From the NCBI RefSeq assembly GCF_009914755.1, contig NC_060930.1: DNA of 64,000 nt. One strand, given 5' to 3'. This stretch comes from the human T2T-CHM13v2.0 reference genome, Homo sapiens. Under the pieces are notes generated by a model that saw nothing but the letters and a program-made list of their open reading frames with translations, did not search any database and had not been told where the DNA came from. Below are positions 29,014 through 43,352 of this stretch, piece after piece. Every line of letters starts with the position of its first letter. The stretch's first letter is position 1. Position numbers and translations under genes: made by a program.

Positions 29014-29034
29014 TAAAAAGGATAATTATTTATA
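28943..29034 (-). other. Candidate 92-nt exon containing (ATG)12
   Basis: Minus strand: gctcaattcactatttctctcccag|TATAAAT...CCTTATG|gtaaga; splice signals only, no transcript evidence. Confidence 0.3.
28974..29009. repeat. (CAT)12 trinucleotide microsatellite
   Basis: Directly visible, uninterrupted. Confidence 0.98.
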
Positions 29035-29829
29035 CTGGGAGAGAAATAGTGAATTGAGCATTAACTTGGTAGAAATTATGTTAGTGTTTTTATTCAGTAC
29101 AAATAAAATGTGACCTTTCCATTATTTTAAGAGTAAATATGTCTTCTCCATTTAGAGAGTAGATAAACATGTAAAGTGCGACAGAGATGCCAGTTGCCCA
29201 TAGCAGCCTCTCTATTAAAGGAAAAGCATTTTTGAGAGATTTGGGGTACAGCTATTTATTTCATTTCTCAGTTAGTCCAAACCCGAACCATATAAGGTAA
29301 GTCATTTGTCTCAACTGGCCCTATGGAACATGAGGACACTTTAGATTCTTTGGAATTAAGCAGCCATATGGAACTTGTAGTGAGCTTACAACTGAGACAT
29401 ATGGCAGCAGAATGGAGCCAGCCTTGAGGCTGTATAAGCACCCCAGTGACCATCAGCAGTCAATTAAGAGTTGAGACAAGAGAGAAATGTCATTTTAACT
29501 CTTGTAAAATTTATGTAGTAGACACATCCTTGCTGCCTTTCATAAGCTTGTTTCTTGGTTTATGGGTCAAACTGGAGCCAGAGGAAATGTTTTCCTGGCT
29601 TCCTCTTATAGAAAGCATCTGAATTCTTGTCCAGTTCTTAGGAAGTCGGGGATTCAAATTTCTGCTTCTACTTGGGGAAAGCTTAGCAGACTAGATTAGC
29701 TCCAGTACTGTTCTCAGCAATCTCCAGATGAAATATTCCTTTAACTCTCAGAATATATTTATATCCCCAAGACTTTTTCATTCTTTAAGCAAGTTCTGCA
29801 TATCTACTTTCTACCAATCACTTCGTAGC

Positions 29830-30670
29830 TCTGATGGCACAAAATGAAAGTCATAGTTCTTTTTTTCAAATAAATCATGAAGGAGACTGACAAGTAAACC
29901 ATAATTATAACATGACAGAGTGAGTATTCTCATAGAAATGTAGTACTCTGTGAACACAGGCTAGCTCTCCACCCTAACTGGGAGAGTCTTCTGAAGGAAG
30001 AATTGTCTGTGCAGAGTCTTGAAGGATGTGTGTAGATAGCAAGAAATAAGATGATGGAGGAAGGCAAGCATTTGACATGATACGTGTATCGACTGCAAAA
30101 ACAAATAAAGCAAGAAGCAGCATCATTTAAAGAAGAACTCAGCAGAATGTGTTGCGGCTAGGACATAAGGCATATGAAAGTGTGTTGGAAATGGAGGGTG
30201 GATAGGTTTGCAAGAGCCAGGCCTGAAGGCTTTGAGTGGCAGTCTTGGCTATTTGACCTTCACAGCCTGATGTTGTGAAGAGCCATTGCTATGGTTACAT
30301 AAAAATGAAGTGGTCAGATCTGGATCTATCTATCTAGCTATCTAGCTATCTATCTGTATCTGCAGAGTAGAGGACAGATGTAGAAATGTGCAAGGAGGAT
30401 GGAGATTATGGAAGAAAAGATGGTGCAACACCACAGGAAGAACAATTAGGGGGCTACCTCTGTTACCTGATCTAGAAGTGTGATGAAAACATGACCTTCT
30501 ATGTTTGAGAAGACATAAGAGATTTTGGAGAAGGCAAAGATAAGATACCTTAAGAAAAATCAGAGAATAGCAGTAATAAGTATTGGTAACATATTGTGTT
30601 CAGAGTTAAGGAAGAGCAGGAGTCTAGGATAACATTAGGCTTTGGCTTATGGGTTGGTCATTCACAAAAA
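29830..30670 (-). mobile_element. L2
   Basis: ggagactgacaagtaaaccataattataaca, gagtcttgaaggatg, ggagtctaggataacattaggctttggctt. Confidence 0.7.
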
Positions 30671-30673
30671 TAG

Positions 30674-31085
<412 letters not shown>

Positions 31086-31094
31086 AGTTTTCAA

Positions 31095-34000
31095 ACTGCA
31101 GCCTCTATCCAAGGGAGCCCTGTGAACCAGGACATCCAACAAAAGAAATTTGTACACTAAGATGGTAATCAGAGGGGGCTTCTTCAAAACTGAGGAGTGT
31201 ACTAAAATTTAAGCCAGTTGAATGAACCCACTTTATACCACAAACACTCAAGGGCATAAAAGAACATAAAAGCAAGCAAGCAAAGAAACAACAACAATAA
31301 TTAAAAAAAAACAACCCAAAGGACAGGGAACTCCGAAGATTGAAAGAATATCAGCCCACACAGATGAGAAAAAAGCCAGCATAAGAACTCTGACAGCTCA
31401 AAAAGCCAGAGCGTCTTCTTACTTCTAAACAAATACACTAGTTCCCCAGCAATGGTTCTTAACCAGGCTGAAGTGGCTGAAATGTCAGAAACAGAATTCA
31501 GAATATGGATAGCAATGAACATCACGAACATTCAAGGAAAAGTCAGAACTCAATTCAAGGAATCTAAGGAATATAATAAAAGCAAATAGGAAATAAAAGA
31601 TAAAATGGCCATCTTAAATAGAATTAAACTAAACTGACACAGTTAAAAAACACACCTCAAGAATTTCTTAATTATAAGTATTGCTAGTAGAACCAACCAG
31701 GCTAAGGGAAGAATCTCGGAGCTCGATGACCAGCTCTCTGAAATAACTCAGTCTGGCAAAAATAAAGAAAAAAAAACAATAAAGAATAAATAAAAACTCA
31801 GAAAAATATAGGATTAGGTAAAGAGATCAAATGTATGGCTCACTGGTGCCCCTGCAAGAGAGAGAAAGCAAGCAACTTGGAAAACATATTTGAGGATATC
31901 ATCCATAAAAATTTCCTCAAATTCTCTCAGATGCCAAAATTCAAATCCAGGATATGCAGAGAACCCCTGCCATATACTACACAAAACAACCATCCCCAGG
32001 ACACATAGGCATCAGATTCTCCAAGGTTAAAATGAAAGAAAAAAATATAAAAGGCAGCTAGAGAGAATGGGCAAGTCACCTACAAAGGGAACCCCATCAG
32101 ACTCACACTGGACCTTTCAGCAGAAACCCTACAAGCCAGAAGAGATTGGATGCCTTATATTCAAAGAAATTCCACCCAAGAGTTTCGTATCAAGCTAAAT
32201 TAAGCCTCATAAGCAAAGGAGAAATCAGATCCTTTTCAGACAAGCAAATGCTAAGGGAATTCATTACTATCAGACCTGCCTTACAAGAGGTCTTTAAGGG
32301 AGTGTTAAATATGGAAATAAGGAAAGACTCTCCTAGGCACCATATAAACACACTTAAGTACATAGACCATTGATGCTATAAAACAACTATTCAATCCAGT
32401 CTGCATTATAACCAGCTAACAGCATGATGACAGGATCAGACCTACAAATATCAATATTAACCTTGAATTTAAATGGGCTAAATGCCCTCAGTTAAAACAC
32501 ACAGAGAGGCAAGTTGTATAAAGAAGTAAGACCAAAGTGTGTGCTTTTTATAAGAGACTCATCTCACATGCAATGACACCCACAGACTCAAAGTAAAGGG
32601 ACTGAGAAAAATCTACTAAGCAAACAGAAAAAAGCAGAAGTTGCTATTCTAATTTCAGACAAAACAGGCTTTAAACCACCAATGATGAAAAAAATGGAGA
32701 TTGTTACATCATGGTAAAGAGTTCAATTTAACAAGAAGATCTAACTATCCTAAATATGTATGCACTCAACACAAGAGCACTCAGATTCATAAAGCGAGTG
32801 CTTAGAGACCTACAAAGGACTTAGATAACTTCACAAGAATAGTGGGAGATTTCAACACCTCACTGACAGTATTAGACACACCACTGAGGCAGAAAACTAA
32901 CAAAGATATTGGGGAATGAACTTAAAATTGGACCAAATGGGCCTAACAGATATCTACAGAACTCACCACCCAAAAACAACAGAATATACATTCTTCTGTT
33001 TACCACATGGCACATACTGTAAAATAAACCACACAACTGGCCATAAAACATTCCTTAGCAAATTAAACAAAAAACTGAAATCATACCAAACACACTCTTA
33101 AAACACAGCACAATAAAAACAGAAATTACTACTAAGAAAATTGCTCATAATCATACAATTACATGGAAATTAAACAACCTGCTCTTGAATCACTTTTGGG
33201 TAAACAATGAAATTAAGGCAGAAATCAAGAAATTATTTGAAACTAATGAGTACAAAGATATACTATAACTGAATCTCTGGGACATAGCTAAAACAATGTT
33301 AAGAGAGAAGTTTATATAGCACCAAATGCCCACATCAAAATGTTACAACGATGTCAAATTGACAAACTAACATCATACCTTGAGGCACTAGAGAAAAAAG
33401 AGCAAACAAACCACAAAGCCAGCAGAAGACAAAAAATAACCAAAATCATGACTGAACTAAAGGAAATTGAGATGCAAAAAAAACATACAAAAGATCAATG
33501 GATCAAAGAGTTGGTTATTTGAAAAAATAAATAAAATTGATAGACAGTTAACTAGACTAAAAACAAAAAAGAAGAGAGGATCCAAATAAACACACTCAGA
33601 ATTACAAAGGAGACATTACCACTGACCACAGAAAAATAATAAAAAAAAAAACTCTGAGACTATGAACACCTCCATGCACACCCGTGCACACAATCTAGAG
33701 AATCTAGAAGAAATGGATAGATTCCTGGAAACATATAATTTCCCAAGGTTGAACCAGGAAGAAATTGAATCCCTGAACAGAACAATAATGATTCCTCAAA
33801 TTGAATCACTAATAAAAAGCCTACCAACCAGAAAACGCCCAGGATCAGATGGATTCACAGCCAAATTCTACCAGATGCGTAAAGAGCTGGTACCATTCCT
33901 ACTGAAATTATTCCAAAAAAAAAAATGAGGGGGAAAAAGTTCTTCCTAACTCATTCTGTGAGGCCAGTATTGTCCTGAAACCAAAGCTTGACAGAGGCAC

Positions 34001-36497
34001 AACAACAACAAAAAAGAAAACTCTAGGCCAATATTATTGATGAACATAGATGCAAAAATCCTCCACAAAATATGAGCAAATCATATCCAGCAGCACATCA
34101 AAAAGCTAATCCACCATGATCAAGGAGGCTTTATTACTGGGATGCAAGGTTGGTTCAACATACACAAGTCAATAAATGTGATTCACTATGTAAACAGAAC
34201 TAAAAACAAAAACCACATTATATCTCAATAAATGCAGAAAAGACTTTTAATAAAATTCAACATTCCTTCATGTGAAAAACCCTCAACAAACTAGGCATTA
34301 AAGGAGCATACCTCAAAATAATAAAAGCTATTATGACAAACCCACAGCTAACATCAAAATGAGTGGGCAAAAGTTGGAAACATTCCCTTTGAGAACCAGA
34401 ACAAGATGAGAATGCCCACTCTCACCACTCCTACACCACAATGACACCACTTCCGACATAATATTGGAAGTTATAGACAGAGCAATCAGGCAAGAGAAAG
34501 AAAGAAAAGGCATCCAGATGGGAAGAGAGGAAGTCAAATTTTATTTCTTCACAGATGAAACAATTCTATACCTAGAAAATCCCATAGCCTCTACCCAAAA
34601 GCTCCTTAAGCAGATGAATATCCTCAGCAGTTTGAGGATACAAAATCAATGCATAAAAATCAGTAGCATTTCTATATACCAAGAACATCCAAACTGAGAG
34701 CCAAATCAAGAATGCAATTCCATTCACAATAGCCACAAAAAGAATAAAATACTTAGGAATGCAGCTAACCAGAGAGATGAAAGATCTCTACAAAGAGAGT
34801 TACAAAACACTTTTAAAAGAAATCAAGAGATGACATATACAATGGAAAAACATTCCATGCTCATGGATAGGAAGAGTCAATATCATTTTAATGGCCATAC
34901 TGCCCAAAGCAATTTACAGATTCAATGCTATTCCTACCAAACTACCAATGACATTCTTCACAGAATTAGGAAAACCTATTTTAAAATTCATATGGAACCA
35001 AAAAAGAGCTCAAATAGGCAAGGCAATTCTAAGCAAAATAACAAAGCTGGAGGGCATCATGTTATATGATGTCAGACTATACTACAAGGCTGCAACAAAC
35101 AAAACAGTATGGTAGTGGTACAAAATAGACAGATATATCAATAGAAAAGAATAGAGAGCCCATAAATTAAGCCATACACTTACAACCATCTGATATTTGA
35201 CAAAGTAAACAAGAACAAGCAATGGGAGAAGGACTCCCTATTCAATAAATAGTCCCGGGGTACTATATGTATTGGCCACATACAGAAGATTAGAGCTGGA
35301 CCCCTTCCTTATACCATATATAAATGTCATATCTAGATGGATGAAAGACTTGAATGGAAAACCTAAAACTATAAAAACACAGGAAGATAATTTAGGAAAT
35401 ATCATTCTCGACATTGGCCCTGACAAAGATTTCATGACGATGATGCCAAAAGTAATTGCAACAAAAACAAAAACTGACAAATGAGACCTACTTAAATTCA
35501 AGAGCTTCTGCACAGCAAAAGAAACTATCAGCAGAGTAAACAGACAAGCCACAGAATGGGAGAAAATATTTTCAAACTATCCTGCCAACAAAAAAATAAT
35601 ATCCAGAGTCTGTAAAGGACTTAAACAAATTTATAAGGAACCCCAATAAAAAGTGGGCAAAGAACATGACAGATACTTTTGAAAAGAAGACACACACATG
35701 GCCAACAAGCAAATAAAGAAAAGCTCAACATCATTGATCAGTAGAGAAATGCAAATCAAAACTGCAATGAGATACTGTCTCACACCAGTCAGAATGGCTA
35801 TTATCAAAAATTCAAAAAATAAGAGATTCTGGCAAGGTTATGGAGAAAAGACAATGCTTACACACTGCTGATGTGAATGTTAATTTGTTCAGCTAGTGTA
35901 AAACCAGTGTGATGATTTCTCAAAGAACTTAAAACAAGTACCGTTTGACCTAGCAATACTTTTATTGGGTATAGACTCAAAGGAATATAAATTGTACTAC
36001 CACAAAAACACATGTATGCATATGCTCATCACAGCACTATTCACAATAGCAAAGTCATGGAATTAACCTACATGCTCATCAACAGTGAACTGGATAAAGA
36101 AAATGTGGTACATATCCACCATGAAATACTACACAACCATAAAAAAGAATGAAATCATGTATTTTGCGGCAGCATGAATGAAGCTGGAGGCCATTATCTT
36201 AAGTGAACTAACACAGAAACAGAAAACCAAATTCCAAATGTTCTCACTTGTAGGTGGGAGCTGAACATTGAGTATACATGGACACAAAGAAAGGAACAAC
36301 AGACACTGGGCCCTACTTGAGGGTGGAGGATGAGAGGATGGAGAGGATTGAAAAATTACCTATCAGGTACTAGGCTTATTACCCGGGGAATGAAACCTTC
36401 TGTACACCAAACACCTGGACAAACAATTTACCTATATAACCAACCTGCATCTGTACCTTTGAACTTACAATAAAAGTTAAACAAAAAAAAAAAATAA
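31095..36497 (+). mobile_element. Near full-length inactive L1PA15/16-type element: part of 5'UTR, ORF1 from ~31364, ORF2 ~32427-36264, 3'UTR, A tail
   Basis: ORF2 start MTGSDLQISILTLN; ORF-track pieces [26 protein letters not shown] and [20 protein letters not shown]; many stops and frameshifts; old L1PA 3'UTR. Confidence 0.95.
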
Positions 36498-36504
36498 GTA
36501 AATA

Positions 36505-36700
36505 AACACACATTGTACACCTTTCAAAAAAATTTACTCTAACTAAATCATAGACCTAAATGTACAATTCAAAACTATAAAATTCTAGGAGAAAATCTAG
36601 GAGAAAATCTAGGTTACTTTTTGTTTGGTAATGAGTTTTTAGATACAGCACCAAAAGCACTAAAGCAAAAATAGATAAGTAGTACTTCAACAAAATTAAA
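36505..36700 (+). mobile_element. L1MC-type ORF2 fragment
   Basis: atcatagacctaaatgta..aaaactataaaattctagga...gagtttttagatacagcaccaaaagca. Confidence 0.75.
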
Positions 36701-36899
36701 CACAATGACATTTGGCAAAATTTCCTGCCGTATAAGAAATAGCTACTTAAACTTTTTGTTTAACTCACTCCCATGGCTTTAAGGTTGCTTGGTGTTTATT
36801 TAATAAAAAATTAATAACAACATATATCCATATAATATTTTTATGGACATATTACTTTAACAAACTTCTTGTCACTGATATGTCCGGGATTCTGTTCTT

Positions 36900-37050
36900 T
36901 GGCCGGGACAGGGCAAGACTTATTACCTTCAGGTAGAGAGGAGACACAGAGGCTCAAAATGGTTAAAAGACTAGTTAAGGATATAGAGTTTGTTGATGGC
37001 AGAGGTGAATCTGTTACTGAGGGCTTCTAATTCCTACCCCAGTGGTCCAA
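36900..37050 (-). mobile_element. MIR
   Basis: agagaggagacacagaggctcaaaatggttaaaagactagttaagg. Confidence 0.6.
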
Positions 37051-37259
37051 AGAAAACACTGACCCAGAGTATCAACACTGCACTTGACTTACTAAAAGTG
37101 ACAAACTGTACTAATGGAAGAAGCCACATCACCAAAAATCCAATCGTACTATTATTTCATAGGCAGACACCTATTGTGTAGGTAGCCCCCTACACATTTT
37201 GGAGGAGAAGCCAAAAGACACAGTAAGTTCCACAGTAGAAAACATGACCTTCCATCTAT

Positions 37260-37482
37260 TGCTTAAATTATAACATCAAAGATAAATTCTGGTCCTTCTA
37301 CCTTCTAGCTATGAGATCTTGGGCAAGTTATTTAACTTTTCTAGGCTAGTATTTATCGATATAATAGGCATAATGCAAATAGCAACCACAAAGTAGTATT
37401 GTGAGAATTAAATGCATTAATGCAAGTAAAAGACTCAAAATAGTGCCCTCACATATTAAGCATTTAATTATTGTTAACTATG
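37260..37482 (+). mobile_element. MIR
   Basis: ctagctatgagatcttgggcaagttatttaact...gtgagaattaaatg. Confidence 0.8.
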
Positions 37483-37688
37483 ACTTAATTGCCCATAAAA
37501 ATAATTCAGGAAATTCTTTTTAAGGAGTGTAATGAGAGATCACTCAAGTCCAATAAACATTATTTATGTGTAATATTCACTACAGCTACACATTCTCAAC
37601 TCTTTGAAGATCAGCTATTTTTCCTGTTGAGCAATTCATTAGTCATGGTTCTGGTCTTGAGAAAGCGCATGTGGAGCTGAAACCTTAC

Positions 37689-37750
37689 CTTTCCTTCCCT
37701 AAGAGAACCAATGTCACCCACTCTGCAGTCACGATTGGATAACTGAAAAT
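37689..37750 (-). other. Candidate exon, 54 or 62 nt depending on the acceptor
   Basis: Minus strand: tttttttctctttacaag|attttcag|TTATCC...GGAAAG|gtaagg. Confidence 0.25.
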
Positions 37751-38974
37751 CTTGTAAAGAGAAAAAAATGTTGCTTGAAGGCCTCAAATCCTAGACATGT
37801 TTCTGATTCAATTTGGTCAATTATTTTTTTCTCTTTGTGATACAAGTATATAAATACTGATTCTGTAGCCTAATAAATGAACTGAGTGTGAACTCCTTGA
37901 TGAAGACTCTTTCATGATAGTGATTAATGGGCTGCAAATATTTTGAAATAAAAACCTGAAACCACAAACTAGTCATATAGTTGGCTAAATATTTTGTTTG
38001 GGTGCTCACATCTAACCTACAGATAACCTTGTGTTAACCCTGTATTCCAAACCAAGAAGGAAAGGCTGGGGTTTTCAAGAGGGCGATTTGTGGTTTGGGT
38101 TTGGTCTGTCTGAAAAGAGCTGTGGCTCACAGTCTTAACGAGGTTCGTCTTCCAAGTCTCTGACCAACTGAGCAGAGGTTCTCACAGAAGCAAGTTGTGA
38201 CAGCTGGAATTTGGCATCCACAGCTTCTTAGAAAAGGCTGCTGATCCCAGACTGATAGTTTTAAAACCTTAAAACAAGACTGTTACCATTCTTGAAATTT
38301 GTTTCAGCAGGCGCCAGGGAGGAATGTTACTGCCCCTCATTGCTAGACGGGAGTCTCGTCCCAGCATAACTGAAGATCTTCTGGGCTCTGGGCTCCTGCC
38401 TCATTCAGAGATTATGTTTCCCTGTCTGTGGCAGGATGCTGGCAAAACCACATGCTTTGTTTAAACATATGGAACGAGTGGTAAGATCAGCAAAGGCCCT
38501 TAAAGCCAATGTCAAAAGGCCATCACCATATGAGAGAACTGAGCAAAATGCACTGAGGACAAGCAATTTGTCTGAATCTTGCAGAAGTAGCTTTTAAATC
38601 CTTTATAAAAAATTAAGATTTATTTTTGAATTTTGATACATCTTGTCCAGCTTGTAATTTGTTCACTCTCATGCAAAAGAAAGCATACATATGCTATTAA
38701 CTCTTGACTATGTAGAATATAAAACTCACTTTGTAGGTGATTCATGGTCTTTCATTTCCCTCTTTAATTTTTCATTTTTTCTAATGCTTTAGGACTAAAT
38801 TATTTCTTCTATCAAAAAAATAAAAGTCAGCAAGGAATAAGAAACTAAATGTTTCCTTCTTTGTAGCATCTTTGAGAAAAACAACTCTCAACCCTGGAGC
38901 ACGACTTTGTGATTGGTGACAGTTAAAGACCATAAAATATTTATGTGAGGATATGTAATTTTTTCTAATATTTC

Positions 38975-39150
38975 AGGTTCTTGTTCTGTCACTTACTAGT
39001 GTGTGATCATGGGCAAGACTCCAAACCTCTAGAAGCCTAAATTCCCTACAGTAAACAATAATAATAAAGTTACGTGTTGGTTGTGTGGATTTAATGACTA
39101 AATATGAAAATATTATTTGAAAACAATAAAATAAGTGTTACATTATATTG
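38975..39150 (+). mobile_element. MIR
   Basis: ctgtcacttactagtgtgtgatcatgggcaag...ggttgtgtggatttaatga. Confidence 0.7.
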
Positions 39151-39459
39151 TTATAATCTTTGCTCATGGTAATTCAATGAAATCTTTATATTTTCTGATA
39201 TTTATAAAATAGAATTTAAAATTATAATATTGATAGATTTATTAAGTTAAATAAAAGTTTTATTTTTAAGTCACACAAAATTGAGAAGGAAAAAGAAAAT
39301 AGCAAACCGTGAAGAGTTAGACCAGGCCAGTTGGAGTCAGAACTTTAATAATTACCTCCTAGAAGCTGGAGGGGTCAGCCAAGAGGTACTTCTGGTACTG
39401 TGGGACTCCAGCATGCCCCAATGGCTCAGGAAGGAATCCTGGGCTTGAAATTTCAATTG

Positions 39460-40150
39460 CTTTAGTCATCATCCCTTTCAGTGTCAGTGAAAGCCAACTG
39501 TAAGGACAAATTCACAGAAAGAGTTAACAGGATGAGGGCAAATAAAGACCCAGGATTGAACTCTGGGGGTAGGGAAGGAACAGTATTTAAGGAATGCTTG
39601 GAAAAATATGACTATCCAAACCTGAGAAGCAATACCTAGCAAATTAGGAGGAAAACCTAGACTGAATGGTTTTTCTGAGACCTAATGGGCAAAATTCCAG
39701 CAAGGAAAATGTAGTCATTTGTTGTGCTGTCAATGCCACTGAGAAGTCAAATAAGATGAAAACTGGAAAAGGTACCGTAAAGAGGCCAGTAATGAGATTG
39801 TATGAGCAGCTTAAATGAAATGAGGGAAGGGTCTAGATTTCAGTGAGTTGAGGTTGGACTAACAATGAAGTAAAGAAAGACAGCAAATGTGGAACACTCC
39901 TCATCTTTTTGTTTTAAGGCAGGAGACACTTGATATTGAAAAAATATCTTTAGATAAATGAGAAAGAAAGTGCAATCCCAGGAGAAAAAGAAGGATCACT
40001 GATGGAGTAAGTTCTCTTAGGAGCTGAGAGGGTGAAATACTGTGCATTGGCAGGAAGATTAGATATGAGGTGGAGAGAGAAAGAATGGAGGGAGATCAGG
40101 ATAGTACAGACAGGGAAGTTTACAGGTTTAGAAGCAGGAAAGAAATTGAG
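39460..40150 (-). mobile_element. L2
   Basis: gacccaggattgaactctgggg, ggaggaaaacctag, tgtcaatgccactgagaagtcaaataagatgaaaactg. Confidence 0.7.
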
Positions 40151-40924
40151 CATCTCTATTTTATATATGAAATACTCAACCTTAGTATGCTGCTATATAT
40201 ATTATATTTAGTATATTTCAACAGAGCTCAATGCAATGAAAATAAAATGGGAAAACTTAATTTGAGCTATTCATCTTTATAGTTAAATAGTGACCAAAAG
40301 AGGTGCAGAAACAAAACACTATAAATAACTGTTTGCTCATACATTTCAATTAATATATTGAGAGCTTAAGAAGTGTCAGAAAGTTTGTTTTTACTGAGGG
40401 TACAAAAGAAAAAGTGAGATTTAGTTCCAACATGAAGGATAATAACTAACCGTACAAGGCTATGGCTTGACTGTAAGAATTCTTAACATCAGAATGGACT
40501 CCTTGCAAGAAAATCAAGTATTTTACAGCTAGCTGGAAAGCACCATGGTTACTGTTTTGTCTGGGACTATTTAATAACTAAGCATGGACCTGTTGCCTGG
40601 GTGGGGATTGACAATGTGTCTTGTTCAGGCAATGAATCTCTAGAACACTTCTGAGGCATTTAAGACTATGAAATTGAATCTTGTGTGGCATAAAATCAGT
40701 CCCACAAATTTAAAAGCAGGACAGAATGTAGATATCCCCCAATATTTTTACAATGTGCAGAATCTTACAAAACAATACATGTAATATTGTTTCTATACTA
40801 CTCATAGATGATTAGTATTATAACAAAGAAAGCTGTTAATACTTAAGTTTAGTATATTTGGGTTGAGATACCTTTATTGAGAAATGAATTTGCCTTTTGG
40901 GAAGTTATTCTAAATATCCAGGAG

Positions 40925-40926
<2 letters not shown>

Positions 40927-40970
<44 letters not shown>
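40927..40970. repeat. (TG)22 microsatellite
   Basis: Directly visible, uninterrupted. Confidence 0.98.
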
Positions 40971-40973
<3 letters not shown>

Positions 40974-43287
40974 TCCATTATAAAAACTTTAAATAAGCTC
41001 AGTGAACATTGAAATTTACCATGCAAGTATATAATATTAATTTTCAGTAGCTTACACTTTGATATATATTTACTAGATAGAATTAACTAAATCGTTCTCC
41101 TAATAGCAAAACTTTAACTTGTGAATTAGTGTAAGATCATTTTAGTTCCACTCTGATTTTTACATTGATTAACAAGACATGGAAATTGTAAATTAAATTC
41201 TTAGAAAAATTTAGGAATTGTCCCATAAAATTATCTGTGTGTGTGTGTTTGTGTATTCTTAGAATTGTAAAAAGCCTGTAAGAAACGAGATGTTTTGAAT
41301 TAGTCTGAAATTAGTATTCAATAGCAGGTATGTGCTTTTGTAAGAATGTGTTAGGTCCCAATGTCTTAATTTTGATATTCAATTGAATGTTTGCTGTTTT
41401 AGACTTGTGTCTTTTGTTTCCTATTTTTCTTCCTGTTAAGAGTTACAGATTTTCTGGGAGGTTTCAGCCCAGTATAAAAGAGAAGCTCTGTCTACATGTA
41501 ATAAATGCACACAAATACACACATGTATAGATACTTGAGCAACTACCATGCTATTCAATTTTTGGGTAGAACTTCTCTTGAGATTGAACTTCTGTGAGAT
41601 GGATTTGACATTGCAGAACAGATTAGGTAGCCACAGAAGTGAGCTATCCTTTTCATTATTCTTTTCAATGGAGGACCTGCTGTAGGAATATAGTAAGTGA
41701 CGCAATTTACAGAAACTAATAACTTACGTTATCACTTGTTATGAAGTCAGAGTTCCAAGCCTGAAAAGTATTTAATCTGCAATTGTTTTGAATTGTTCAT
41801 CCTTTTTAAAAACTGTTTTCTCAGGCAAGAAAACAAATAACTACATCCGAAGTTTTCTAAGTTCTAGTGAACAACAACTCAAGGAGAACCATTTAATTGC
41901 ATAAGTTTAAGATAGATTTAAAAATTTCAAGAAGCCAAAAATTTTTTTACCCCAAGTGCAATATATTTTATTACCAATTGAAAATGTGCAAAGGAACAAA
42001 AAGAACCACATATCTGGATTTTTAATTTTTTGCACTGTGCAAGAATGGTCAATTTGCCTAAGAGCTAACTTTCCTCAGTAAAACTTGCATATTTTCTCAC
42101 CCCAAATGACCTTGTGGAAAGTTGTTGATATCGCTTTGCATATTTTCTGTAAATACTACTGTAAATGCCACTAATATGCAACATGTGAATGGACTTGTTA
42201 GTAACCATTTAAGTTATTAGGAATCTATGTTTGCTATTTAAGAATCTATTAAGCATAAGATTAATAACTCATTTGCAAAGATATAGCAGATACAATTCTC
42301 TGAAATTTTATGAATGATTAGATACTTTTATAGACAAAATAATTGTCTGAAATTATTGAGACAACTCTCTCTTCATGCCTAGGATGGTGACATAGCTGAA
42401 TGGCAATTAATATTGGTTAAATAAAGAGATATTATATTTATTTAATATGTGTATATATACAGTCAAAAAGTACATTTCACTCTTAATTTAAAGCAAATAA
42501 AAAATAAAACTATTATATTAAGATTGAAATACTTTATTAGAAAGATACATTGATTAGTGCAAAGATCTCACATACAAATGACATAGTCCTATACATAATT
42601 CAGTGATACTTTGTGAGAAAAAAAACCAGAATTCCTATTAAATGTAGCACAGATACTCTGAACTTAAAAATATAGAAAAACGTATCTAATAATTCAAAGA
42701 AGACAAATACTAAGGGCTAATAAATGACCTAAAGAAATTTTTATGGTAGCAAAAACAAAGCATTTCTAGTTGTTCTATCTTGCAAATGTTGAGGACTATC
42801 AGCACATAGAATGATTTAGAAAAATTGGTTTTATTGAGGTTGACAGATTAATTACAGATATCAGGGGAAAAACTCAGGAGTGCTAATTTGAAATTTTTTT
42901 AAGTCAGTGATAAAAAACCTTGGAATTATTTAAAGTTTGACTAGGGTAGTTGTCAGGATCTCTTGAAAAAATATGCTTCTGGGAACATGGTGGTATGAAT
43001 AAGTATTTCCTTTTCCAACATCTATGATAATAAATAACGATTAAAAATATGCTAGCAGATGGGAATGGACATTTTGGTCTTTAGGGAAAATGAGGTGGAT
43101 TCTCTATGCATATAAATTACATGCTAGGAGTTGCCTTTGAAAGTTGCTTTAACTCTTTCAACTCACTGGAAACCACTTCCACGGTCTTTCCATGTCATTG
43201 AACTCCCCAAGCTGCCTGTGAGAATATAACTTGGACATACATAGGCTCTGAGCAATCCTATTTTATCTAAGAGAACAGAAAAAAACA

Positions 43288-43352
43288 AAAATAAGCATAT
43301 ATATATGAAACTAAGCATATATGAAAATAAGCATATATATATGAAACTAATA
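43288..43352 (+). repeat. Short AT-rich tandem repeat (aaataagcatatatatatgaaactaa twice)
   Basis: Directly visible. Confidence 0.8.

Noticed and set aside
31364-36264. L1 ORF1/ORF2 pieces as an active or novel reverse-transcriptase system
   Set aside because: Ordinary old L1PA with many stops and frameshifts
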